Under the pieces are notes generated by a model. It saw only the letters and a program-made list of their open reading frames with translations, made no database searches and was not told the origin of the DNA. DNA of 33,333 bases. It comes from Octopus bimaculoides (Eukaryota). Of the stretch, positions 22,441-33,333 are shown piece after piece (positions within the stretch are counted from its first letter, which is position 1; the number at the start of each line of letters is the position of its first letter). The translations under genes were made by a program, and so were the position numbers. The DNA is taken from NCBI RefSeq assembly GCF_001194135.2, contig NC_068986.1:24552833-24586165 (forward strand), written 5' to 3'.

Positions 22441-23189
22441 GCATAGGTTGACGCAGAGACAGAGTTCTTAATTCAAATTTTTTATGACCGGAAGTATCCA
22501 CCTGTATCTCACAATATTTGATTTATAACTTAAAGTAATGTTACTGGAGGCATGTTAGGAATCTATTAACCCTTCTAGATTCATATCTGTGTGATGGCGC
22601 AGTACTTTTTATGTCTCCCGTTATGTTTTGGGGACTGGTTGAAATGACCTGGCATAGAGGGATGTTGAATCAGCTTCAGTCTATTTTCTGACAGACCTCT
22701 ATTAAGTGTTTCATTTCACTTCTCCCTGAGGTATCTCCTCTGGCAAACAAATAGTATCTGGTTTTACAAAACTTTCATATACATATTTCTGTTTCTTTGT
22801 AGTATTAATAAGTTCAAGTTCAAAGATATTAACCTTTTCCTACCTTACTTCCGCTGATTTAGTCACGAAACAACTTTAAAGAAAATAATTACGCGAATGA
22901 CTATTGATTTCATTTATTTATTCTAATGACATTTTCATATTATGTAGGCAAATATGGTCGGTTTAGATTAGCAATGAAAGTAACCTCAAACGCAAGTTAG
23001 TTACACCACACTCCATAATATAAGTGCAGAGGCGACTTTGCTATCAATAATGGCGCTTTTCAACAACGTGACTCACTTTCTCCACTGTGCGCTTTTTTTC
23101 TTCATCTTTTTTCCTATTTTTGACAAGTCTCTTTCAACGATTGAACAAAACAATTTCAATAGAATATGGAAACTGTGTTAACATTTTTC

Positions 23190-23190
23190 A

Positions 23191-23234
<44 letters not shown>

Positions 23235-23995
23235 CACACACACACATACATNNNNNNNNNNNNNNNNNNNNNNNNNNNNNNNNNNNNNNNNNNNNNNNNN
23301 NNNNNNNNNNNNNNNNNNNNNNNNNNNNNNNNNNNNNNNNNNNNNNNNNNNNNNNNNNNNNNNNNNNNNNNNNNNNNNNNNNNNNNNNNNNNNNNNNNNN
23401 NNNNNNNNNNNNNNNNNNNNNNNNNNNNNNNNNNNNNNNNNNNNNNNNNNNNNNNNNNNNNNNNNNNNNNNNNNNNNNNNNNNNNNNNNNNNNNNNNNNN
23501 NNNNNNNNNNNNNNNNNNNNNNNNNNNNNNNNNNNNNNNNNNNNNNNNNNNNNNNNNNNNNNNNNNNNNNNNNNNNNNNNNNNNNNNNNNNNNNNNNNNN
23601 NNNNNNNNNNNNNNNNNNNNNNNNNNNNNNNNNNNNNNNNNNNNNNNNNNNNNNNNNNNNNNNNNNNNNNNNNNNNNNNNNNNNNNNNNNNNNNNNNNNN
23701 NNNNNNNNNNNNNNNNNNNNNNNNNNNNNNNNNNNNNNNNNNNNNNNNNNNNNNNNNNNNNNNNNNNNNNNNNNNNNNNNNNNNNNNNNNNNNNNNNNNN
23801 NNNNNNNNNNNNNNNNNNNNNNNNNNNNNNNNNNNNNNNNNNNNNNNNNNNNNNNNNNNNNNNNNNNNNNNNNNNNNNNNNNNNNNNNNNNNNNNNNNNN
23901 NNNNNNNNNNNNNNNNNNNNNNNNNNNNNNNNNNNNNNNNNNNNNNNNNNNNNNNNNNNNNNNNNNNNNNNNNNNATATATATATATATATATAC
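23190..23995. repeat. (TA)n/(CA)n microsatellite spanning gap N23252-23976
   Basis: Directly visible. Confidence 0.9.
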
Positions 23996-24121
23996 CGGAG
24001 TAAGCACATAAATGTGAAACAATGTGGAAAAAAGAGTACTCAAATACCAGAGGTAGAATAAGATGTTTTATTTAAATGCAGCAGAAATATAACAAAAGCT
24101 GTTACTCAGAGTTTCACGTTG
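23995..24121 (-). mobile_element. Short repeat end (probably Penelope-type) carrying the 3' half of a minimal hammerhead
   Basis: Minus strand aacgt-GAAAC-TCTGA-GTA-acagc, cut off at 24122 by SINE A. The family assignment is recall and inference. Confidence 0.45.
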
Positions 24122-24260
24122 CCGACTGGCTTCTTTCAGTTTCCGGCTACCAAACCCACTCAGAAGGCTCTGGTTAACTTAAGGTCAGTTTCTTCAGGCA
24201 TTTGGACTGAACTTGGAACCATGTGTTTGGGGAGCATGCTTTTTATCATGCGACCACGCC
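24122..24260 (-). mobile_element. SINE family A 5' fragment
   Basis: ggcttctttcagtttccggctaccaaacccactc..ggactgaacttggaaccatgtg, homologous to 8665-8787. Confidence 0.8.
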
Positions 24261-25572
24261 CATATATATGCCACAAGTAATTGTTAAAAGGGAATGAGGT
24301 AGCAACGATTAAACTTTATAAAAAGACACACGAAGGAATGAGACAAATAAAACGCAGGGTTTGCACATAGAGTATCAAGGAGCTGGACAATAGAAAGAAC
24401 ACGAAGAATATTTAGGTCTTTCCACTGAACACAAGCGATGAACGAATGTCGATAAAAACATTGTTAAGAAATCGAAAAACTAATGACGTTGGTTTGACAC
24501 ATACGCCGTCGGAAATCTAGTAAAACAATGATTGACATGTTGTAAGCCTTGAATCAATGATGCAACAGTTCACAAATTGTAATATGTAACAAATAACTAA
24601 ACAAATAAGAAAGCAATAAATCATTGATCTATTGGAACTAAAATTAGTACTATGAACAATGTGATGTCCTATAAAAAAATATAAAAAGAACTTTGTATTG
24701 ATTCTTCAGGGAATATAACTTCAGACTGATTCTGTCGTCGAGAATAGCTTTATAATGTGAAAACTTTCTGAGTAACTTTTTTCTTCTTTAAAAATGCTAT
24801 AAGTATTTCTATAGTCATTGTTCTGATGAACTTTCTGGTCTTATAACCCCTCCAAGACCTTAAAAAGGGTTAGCTAAGTCTCTCCCCACACGCATTGTTT
24901 CCCTCTTGAGTTTCCTGTTAGTCTGTTAGTCATTAGACTTTTCTATTCGAATAGCTCATTTCTCGATGTACTAATTTCTGGAACTTACAATCACCGTTTT
25001 TTTTTACCCTTGATCTATGGCATTCAATCATTTAAGCTCTCTGTCAATCAATATCTTTTGAATTTATAGGAAGTTTCTTTTCCTTCTTTCTAGTCCCTTA
25101 CGCTCCAGTGGCCTCAAGCATTGTTTGTTATAAATTCATATAAATAATTTTCTGAATCGGCCTTCATAAGGAATACAAACTGGCTGGTTTCAATATTCGA
25201 CTTGCTGAATGCCTCAGTATGGCCGTACACAGTCTACCACCAGAGTAGCTGAAATGAGACTGTATAACAGTCATGTATTGTTTATGATTGAATCAAATGG
25301 GCTTCAAATTTAAATCAAAGAGTTTTCAAGTGCTCAGCTACTTCATCTTTCGTATTCATTATGAAAGAACAGCTACATCGACAGGGAAAAACAGTCATTT
25401 GGTATTTAATTACATTATTTTATGATTTGATTTCAGTTATCATCGAAATATTAATGTTTTGAATCATTCTGGACTTGCTAAAGTAATTACCAGTCGAGTA
25501 ACTAGGCCCAATTAATCAGCAGTACATCTTCACAACAATAACTAATCGAGTGCAAATATTAGAAATCTTAAA

Positions 25573-25654
<82 letters not shown>
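25573..25654. repeat. (TG)n(AG)n microsatellite
   Basis: Directly visible. Confidence 0.95.
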
Positions 25655-25659
<5 letters not shown>

Positions 25660-27929
25660 TAATTTCTTATCTTTGTTGTCGACGTCTGAATGAACAGATG
25701 TATATTCAGAAGTATTCCCGCTGTAATCATCTCGTCTTTTCGAATTATCTGGGACATTAATTAAAGTGTCGTTTTCTTTTGATAATAAGTTAGTGTATAA
25801 CTTGAAGAGTATTTCGCTCTTATTTCCAGTAAGTCGAACTTGAGAGGACACAAGTGAACGCGCATCCTCTCGGATATTATCAGATATCTTGTAAAAGCGA
25901 TAATAAAATCTGAGTGTTTGCATGCCTACACTCTCGGCCTACCGACTGCAAACTCATATTCTACCAAAGAGGTATTCTGGTTTATCTAGCCAAATACTTT
26001 TCAGCTGCATCCTTATAATCAATGCTGTAGTAGGTATAAAATAACTATCATAAGATCATATAACGTAATCCGTAGAGACTGGGTTATATACACTTCAGCT
26101 TTGTGCCATGCTAGTAAAATTCTCTCACTATGAATCTTAAAACCTATATGTTTTCACCATTACCCTGAGGGAGAAAGAGTGATGGTGGTGTGCAGAATTT
26201 TCGATTAACTGGCAAGCCTTCGGGGAAAATTTCCGGTGAAAAATTCTTCGTGTCTTTGCTATGCTTTTTTGAGCAAATCTTTAATTTTAATAATTACCTT
26301 AATTTACAATAGAACTTTTATTTTGACAAACAGTATAATTCAGCGAACAAAATAGCAGCTTAGTGAAAACTAAATAAAATTAACGGGTATATACTTTTCT
26401 GGGAAAGGTGTCTAATTAGATTTTTCAGCTCATAATTTCAAGCAAAATATAATTATATTTTTTTACACGTGGGTTGATTTGATTAACAGAAGCAATCATA
26501 TTGAATATTAGGAACGCAAAACCAATTGGTAATTTTAAAACATGGAATATATAATATGCAATTTGATTTCATTAAGTTAATCAGAATAATATTTTTGCTT
26601 CTTGCTTAAAATGTTTTAAAGAGAAAAGCAAATTTCAAATGGATTAAGGCAAAATACAGTGGAACATGCAAATGTAACATTATAGCGCAAATTCCCAGAC
26701 TTTGTGTATGTAATCCATTAGGAAAGCAATTAGGATATCTTCTACAGTAAACACTCATCATATTCTAGAACGTTATAATGAGTGTAATATTTGATAGATT
26801 GATTCTATGCTTCTTGTAATTCTTATCTTCTTCCACGACGTTGCTCGATGTCTATGGCAGACGTTTACTTAATTGCTTTAGTATAAGCAGAATGAGACGA
26901 TTCGGCGCAGCTGTTTAGATGATTTGGCTTGGCTGACAATATATTTAACCTGTTTTTGTGACAACTGTTTTCTGTTGCTGGAAGCAAATATACACACGCA
27001 CAAATACACAAAAATATGTACATGCAGATAGAAAGGAGGAGAGAGAAGAGAGAATGTGGAAGAGACAACACAGTTTATTTATTGAACGCGACTAACATAA
27101 ACACTTCCCTCTCCTCATGTAGATGAAGAGAAATATGCATATCCACATAAACAAGGAGAGAACGGTGGGAGAAAGAGAACGAGAGAAACATTAAAACGCG
27201 TGATGTCAAATATGCCAGAGTCCAACAAGCGATACTAAATAATTGACACCGAAACGGCAGTGTCTAAAGGTATGATGGACCTGTTAAACTAATGGGTGTA
27301 AGCTACATGAAATTTCTGTGTAACTGGCGGCTCTTGTGTGGTTTGACGGCATATCCCGCAGATTAGATAATGACTTTATATTCTACACTGACGTCTGAAC
27401 TGGCGAACCACAGTTTCACACCAATATCAAGAAATTTTAATAGAATGCTCTATTTTCCAAATATACGTTTTGCTTCAACCTCTACGTCAGAGATCGATTG
27501 AAAATTATTACGTCCAAATTTATGTCTACAAACTAAATGCGAGAATCCGTCGAATGCAATATATTGCAAGTGATAAATACAGACACAGATGGCAACTCCT
27601 AAAGACGCACGAATATGTATGAATATGTATGTTTTCACTTTATATTTCACGTAATATTTTGTAATGCTCATAAAGTTAAATTAGCGCTTTCATACATAGA
27701 GTAATCATCAAATTTCAAATGTGTTTAATTGACACTTGAGTTCTTGACAACCGCAGTACCTCTTAGAATGTTCCAGCAAGCTGAATTTTTAGAATACAGT
27801 TTTGACCAATCCGCATGTAGCTTAAACATCACGGTTTGCCAGGCGTACCGATATTCTGTAATTTGTTTATAATCATATGTTAGAGATATTTTTTAATCCA
27901 CACCATTAACTGGTTGTTATATTATTATT

Positions 27930-28255
27930 GTTATTTCGGTTCAGAACAGATTTGAACATTTTAATAAACCATTTATCTTTTATCTTTCTTCCAATCTCAC
28001 ATGTGTCATGTAGTTTGGGGAAAGGAAAAATTAAAAACACTTTCTGTCCACATGTTCGCTCAATAGAATTTGGCGAGCATTTGTTTTCCGGATTTATTGT
28101 CTATGGACTCGTGAGCGTCCCGATAATGCATTCCTTGTCTCGCCTATATATAGGTCCTCGCAATTCGGGCATTTAATGTAGTAGATCAAATTTCTGCTTT
28201 TGCAGTTCACATCTGCATTTGTGAAAATCTGTCCATTTTTTGTTCTAATAGATCA
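27930..28255 (-). mobile_element. Penelope-like element, GIY-YIG endonuclease C-terminal region (pseudogenised); its 3' non-coding part may extend to about 27040
   Basis: Minus strand reads TKNGQIFTNADVNCKSRNLIYYIKCPNCEDLYIGETRNALSGRSRVHRQ*IRK..ILLSEHVD..KWFIKMFKSVLN. This is the LIY-x10-YIG motif with the CxxC typical of Penelope-type endonucleases. Confidence 0.85.
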
Positions 28256-28258
28256 ACC

Positions 28259-29003
28259 AGTACAGTCTCGAAAGTAATGACAGCCTTTGGGAAAGAGAGA
28301 AAAACCTCCTCGTCGAAGAAAACCAAAACTTTCAAATAGGGACCGTCAGATTCTTAAGCGAATTGTTAGAAAGGATCCCAAAAGTACAGCTCCAAAAATT
28401 ACTGCAGAGCTTAATGACTACCTCGGGAACCCAGTTTCCACAAAAAAACTGTTCACCGGGAGCTGCATAAAGCCGGATTCCACGGGAGGGCTGCAATCAC
28501 AAAACCACTACTTTCAAAGACAAACGATTGGAGTAAAATCCTACAGAATTAGTCCCTAGAGCAGTGGAAGAATGATATTTCCTCGGATGAGTCTTCTTTT
28601 ACCTTATTTCCGTCCACCGGTCGAGTATACGTGTAGAGACAGCCAAAAGAAGCATTTGACCCAGACTGCCTTCTTCCAACTGTTAAACATGGAGGAGGAT
28701 CTGTAATGACTTGGGGTGGGTATATGTTGGAAATCTGCTGGCGCAATGGTTTCCCTTCACGCAAAATATTTAAGCATTTTATCTGATCAAATTCATCCTA
28801 TGTTTGCGGAACTGTTTCCGGAGGGGACGCAATCTTTCAGGGTGGTAATGCACCAATTCACACAGCTAAAGTTATTACAGAATGGCACGAGGAACATTCT
28901 AGTGAAGTTGAACATCTTATCTCATCCCCAGATCTCAATATTATTGAATATTTATGGTGGATTTTAGAAAAACAAGTAAGGAGTCGATATCCTCCACCAT
29001 CGA
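28259..29003 (+). mobile_element. Degenerate Tc1-like (DD34E-type) transposase fragment, no TIRs visible
   Basis: KLSNRDRQILKRIVRK..TAPKITAELN; RELHKAGFHGRAAITKPLLS; SDESSFTLF; PTVKHGGGSVMTWG; IFQGGNAPIHTA (second D mutated); PDLNIIEYLW. Confidence 0.9.
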
Positions 29004-30329
29004 AGAATTCCCGTCATTCTTTGTTTTTTTATTTGTGAAAAAACATCAAAAAATTTCAAAAACAAAATACATCATTAAAAATACTGATTATTATAATTCC
29101 TGCTATAAAAATGACTAAATAAGGGACCGTAACGAATAGAATTTAGCCGCCATATGATTTAGCTTTATAGTGGAGACTTTTTTCCGCCTCTTGGAACCCT
29201 AGCAAGTAACTTATTACCAGAATGTAACAGCTTTCCACCGCGGAGCTAAACCGTGAAAGAAGACTACCACCGCAATTTTAAGTGTATTACACACGAAGAG
29301 CAATATGTTTGGAAACTTTCTATTTTTAGTTTTCTTTGTGGGGAGCGGGGAGAGTCTTTATTTGTGGTTGTTTTACACATTTTAAAAAAATTTTCTATTT
29401 CAACAAATCTTAGATTTGGAAACAGATAGAAGCCATTCATTTTCTAGCTAAGAAAAAATAATAACCAGTGAATTTCAAGAGGAGAATGAATGAAATAACT
29501 GAAAAAAGAAAATGAGCGTTCGATACAAAAGGGTGAAATATATAAAAATGTATTATTTCGTTGTGAAAAGTCGACAGTAAAATGGGACAGTACAATGATG
29601 GGCGAAAATATTAAACCAGTATTGTAAAGTAGCAATAGAAAATAAACACAAAAGCACAGTAATTAGTCGAATACGAAAATGGAAAAGAAGAAAGAAAAGA
29701 ACAGCCCTGAAAATCATAATTGAAATGAACTGAATAACCATAGAATTTACCAAATTACAATAACAAAAATTATGATAAATCGAATGAAAACAAGATTGAT
29801 ACAATTGCATGAAATAAAAGAAAAAATATAAACGTAATATAACTGACAGAAAATAAATGCCATTAATAAATAAACAACCAAAGGAAATGTAAGAAAAGAA
29901 AACATAACTGAAGGACTTAATAATAGAGAGAGATTGTATCTGTGAGGAGAAGAGGGAGGTATAAATGGATGAATAATTTCTTTCTTTTTTTTTTATTTCC
30001 TCAGAGAGAAAGACAGATTTTAGTTGAATAGAGTGAAGGAGCAGCAGAACACTGACAAAATTGTACGTCTCAAACGGGAACGTTGCTAGTCAAATGTAAA
30101 ATTGAAATAAGTAGCACTACAAACTGAAGTAAAAATGAAGACTATGTTTGTTGGTCGATGATGTGTACGTAAGTTTGTATCTGTGTGTGTCTGTGTTTAG
30201 CTGTATCAAACTATGTGTGCATGAATTCGAATCTTGGTTCTACTTAAAGAACTGATAAAAATGTGTTTCTGTATAAACCGAATAAAAAAAGAAAAGAAAA
30301 GTAAGCTCACGGTATGTGTTTGCATGTAA

Positions 30330-30485
30330 GTTCATATATGTTTGTGTGTAAGTGCGTATGCGTTCGTGTGCGAGATTATATGTAATTTGCTTTAAGTGTG
30401 TATGTGATTGTCTGCGTATGAGTGTGTATGTGTGTGCATATATGTTTGCATGCAAGTGTGTATGTGCTTGTGTGGCAATGTGTAA
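30330..30485. repeat. Old degenerate (TG)n-rich tract
   Basis: Directly visible. Confidence 0.7.
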
Positions 30486-30775
30486 AGTTAGAGTGTATAT
30501 TTCTGAGAACCACAGGAAATATTTGAATCTCTGTGTATTCAGCGGAGAAATAATAGATGTTTTACGGTTCATAGAGTGAGAAATCCAAGATGTATAATTG
30601 CGTACATTTTAGAATTTACAGTTTACATGTGTACGAATGAAATGTAAGCTATGTGATATTAGTAGTCGAAGTAGTGGTTCTCCGTCGTTCGACGACCTGG
30701 ATCAACTGAATTACCTGCTCCTAAAATAATATGCAATTGGCTCGGTGTTCCGCATCTACGCGTACCATTAATGTA

Positions 30776-31030
30776 CGAAGTGGTATCACAAAGTTCCCGG
30801 ACTAGTTATGTTAAATAAAAAATAACTTATTTACTTAAGTTTTAGCATAATCTCTTTCGAAATTGTCACCTTGCGCAGCGTTCCTGCCACTTTTGGAATT
30901 CGACCTGGAAGTCTGTAAGCGAGTCGGTCGACAACGGCGTTAAAAGGACGACCTTTGAGCTGCATTTTCATCTTAGGGAAGAGAGGGAAGTCCACACGTG
31001 CTAAATCTAGTGAATAGGGTGGATGCGGGA
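30776..31030 (-). mobile_element. Mariner (DD34D-type) 3' end: transposase C-terminus plus one TIR
   Basis: Minus strand PHPPYSLDLARVDFPLFPKMKMQLKGRPF (YSPDLAP motif) and FQKWQER. TIR-like ta|cgaagtggtatcacaaagttcccggact at 30774. Confidence 0.85.
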
Positions 31031-31208
31031 GGGGGGTAGTCGATTACATCAACCTCCTACCTCCATCAATGGTACTTTAGTTTTCCGGTCCTGAAAAGAT
31101 GAGAAGCAAGGGTAACCTTGGCGAGATTTGAACTCGTAAAGTAAAAACGAAAGAAATTCAGCTGAGTATTTTGTCCGGCGTAAGAACGATTCCGCCAGCT
31201 CCCACCTT
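31030..31208 (-). mobile_element. SINE family B, trimer unit 3
   Basis: gccagctcccacctt head and gatttgaactc B box on the + strand. Confidence 0.75.
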
Positions 31209-31214
31209 AACAAT

Positions 31215-31381
31215 AATCTTATCTACTATAGGAACATCGCATTAAATTTTGGGGAAAAACGCTAGACGATTATATCGGCCCAAGTGCGAATCTTGTACTT
31301 AATTCATTGATCTAGAAAGAATGAAAGGCAACATCGACCTCAGCAGAAATTGAACTCAGCTCACCGCATTCACTGCCTTAA
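31215..31381 (-). mobile_element. SINE family B, trimer unit 2 (internally deleted)
   Basis: aatgaaaggcaacatcgacctcagcagaaattgaactcag..cactgcctt. Confidence 0.7.
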
Positions 31382-31384
31382 TGA

Positions 31385-31610
31385 TAATAATAATCCTTTC
31401 TACTATAAGTAAAAAAGCCTGAAATTTTTGGTGGTGAAGCAGACTAGTCGATTACATCGACACCAGTGTTTTTCCGGTAATTGATTTATAGTCCCCGAAA
31501 GGATAAACTCAAAGTCGACATCGGCGGCATTCGAATTCAGAACGTAGCGACACAGAGATACTGCTAGGTATTTACTCAGCGTGGTAACGATTCTGCCAAC
31601 TCGCCGCCTT
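31385..31610 (-). mobile_element. SINE family B, trimer unit 1
   Basis: ctagtcgattacatcgac..aaagtcgacatcggcggcattcgaattcagaacgt..ctgccaactcgccgcctt. Confidence 0.85.
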
Positions 31611-31894
31611 AATAATAACAATAATTATAATTTCTTTTATTAGCCACAACGGCTCACATACAAGAACATTAAATGACATACAACATTATAGAAAAAAAGC
31701 AGGACGATACAATGGGTTTTCTGCGTGTAAACAATATAAATAACAATTAAAAAAAATGAAATAAATTAAAACTCCCAATAGGGGAGGCGCTTTAATGACT
31801 TCGTGGAAAAACCCACATCCAAAGAAGAGCTCTATTTACCATTGTTGTCTGGCAGGGGTGTCCAGGAAATTTGTTTTTATGGTCTGGTAATTCA

Positions 31895-32451
31895 CTCCCA
31901 GCGCAATTAGGCTCCAGAATTTTGTAAGGAACCCATTGACTTAATTTGCTGAATTTTGCGATGGCACGCAGGAGTCGATGAATGGTTGAATGACCATATC
32001 TAAGCTTCTCTGCTAGTTCCTCAACAGTTACGATGGAATTTTGTTTTACCAGGATTTGCAGGACGTCATCATCGAGCTCGACAGATGTTCCAGGACGAGG
32101 CTCGTCTTCTAGGCTGAACGGAATTTCTAGACCACCTTTGACACTGGCTTACGCTTAATGTCCGATCCCCATAGACTCCATTAACATTCCTCGCACTTTC
32201 CATTGCATTATTGCCTTTATTGAGCTCATAATGCAAAATATGCCCAATATGCTACCTTTGACACTTCCATTATAGCTTTGGAAAAATAACTATTAACATC
32301 GAACTGCACTCTTCAAAACTTGCACTATGAATCAGGCCAAATTAAAATTACTACCTGTTTCTATAGCTAGTTGATTCAAGTAGTTTATCCCCTCCGACTT
32401 TTAGTTCATGCAATTGAAAAAACCGCATTATTTATGAGATGACGAACTATA
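31895..32451 (-). mobile_element. Mariner 5' part: one TIR plus transposase N-terminus (ATG at 32270), truncated after the WVPHEL motif
   Basis: MEVSK..ILHYELNKGNNAMESARNVNGVYGDRTLSVSQCQRW; SLEDEPRPGTSVELDDDVLQILV..TVEELAEKL..STIHRLL..WVPYKI. TIR-like tatagttcgtcatctcataaataatgcgg near 32451. Confidence 0.9.
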
Positions 32452-33024
32452 AATTTCAACAACGAATCATTCTCCAAAACTGGAAACTTCTAAGGGGCGT
32501 AATCATTATTATTAATTGATGCAACAGAGGACAAATAAATTGATCCAGTAAGCAACGAGTTCAATGTTTACTAACGCGTATTTATATTTCTTGATATACA
32601 CTACAGAAGTAAATTTATATCGTTCGCTGCATATATTATGTATAAGTTCAATTAGGCGCTATATTAAGGAGAAGCAGCTGATATTGATTTGGGAATTGAT
32701 AAGTTTAGGATGGGTAAGAGAGAATATGATAATTATAACGGCTAATTGGAAATAAAGTATGAACAGAGTTTTCAATGTGTGTATTAGTTGATATAATGCA
32801 CAGTATATTTCAATATTGTACCTTCTACATTATATTTCATATATATGTGTTTATTATTGTTATAATTAGCAGCTTACTGATATTGAATGTAGTAGCTGAT
32901 ACAGTGAGTAGCACAGTAAATTGTATGAATAGATATTTGTTAAACTGTTAAGAATGTATTAAGTTAGTAAAGTCAAACCGTAAGGCATTCAAACAGATTA
33001 TACATATACAAGTGTATATGTATG

Positions 33025-33319
33025 TTTGTTCTTTTTCGAGCCATGCCTGACTCATAAGGGCCGGTTTTCTGGTTTCATTAGCATAAAAGTTCCCCACCTG
33101 GATGGTCCGTCGCAGGTGAGCTGCTAGATGCAGGAGTAAAGAGTGAGAGAAAGTTGTGGCGAAAAAGTCAGCAGAGGTTCGCCCTTACCTTCAGCCGGAG
33201 CCGCGTGGGGCTTAGGTGTTTCGGTCATAAATACACACATCACCCGGTATGAGATTCGAACTTACGATCCCTCGACATTGAGTCCACTGCTCTAACCACT
33301 AGAGCCATGTGCCTCCCAC
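33025..33319 (-). mobile_element. Well-preserved tRNA-derived SINE family D
   Basis: Minus-strand head gtgggaggcacaTGGCTCTAGTGGttagagc..GTTCGAATC (A and B boxes), a GC-richer body and an A-rich tail. Confidence 0.85.
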
Positions 33320-33333
33320 AATATAAATATATA

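Noticed and set aside
25516-25923. 135-aa minus-strand ORF
   Set aside because: About a third is (CT)n/(CA)n translation and the rest has no recognisable homology. An in-frame stop lies just upstream.
31030-31635. CRISPR-like repeat/spacer appearance of the tandem units
   Set aside because: The units are 170-230-bp diverged SINEs in eukaryotic DNA, with no short identical direct repeats and no cas genes.
30776-32451. Idea that the two minus-strand mariner fragments are the two ends of one element split by the SINE trimer
   Set aside because: Their TIRs do not match (cgaagtggtatcacaaagttcc vs gttcgtcatctcataaataatgcgg), so they are separate families.
5830-33319. tRNA-like A/B-box sequences
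   Set aside because: All are SINE heads followed by SINE bodies; none shows a complete cloverleaf.

Overview
AT-rich eukaryotic (animal) intergenic or intronic DNA from a gapped draft assembly, with seven N-runs. The tRNA-derived SINE families and the very dense (TA)/(CA)/(CATA)/(GA) microsatellites look like octopus/coleoid cephalopod DNA (inference). No complete host gene, rRNA, true tRNA gene or CRISPR array is supportable. The window is mostly decayed mobile DNA: (1) a 5'-truncated R4/Dong-like restriction-like-endonuclease LINE embedded in (CATA)n/(CA)n repeats, next to a second 3'-end copy; (2) a CR1/L2-group LINE RT fragment interrupted by a SINE; (3) a Penelope-like GIY-YIG endonuclease relic and several Penelope-type short repeats with hammerhead-ribozyme-like cores; (4) a two-finger C2H2 fragment, probably an RTE LINE C-terminus; (5) five IS630-Tc1-mariner relics (DD41D/rosa-like, Tc1, two mariners, one mariner-derived MITE); (6) about a dozen SINE copies from about four families, including a nested insertion with a 15-bp TSD and a head-to-tail trimer. 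One 75-nt symmetric exon candidate (16111-16185) may belong to an unidentified host gene. Most long ORFs in the supplied track are artefacts of N-gaps and microsatellites. All family calls come from by-eye motif recognition, not database searches.
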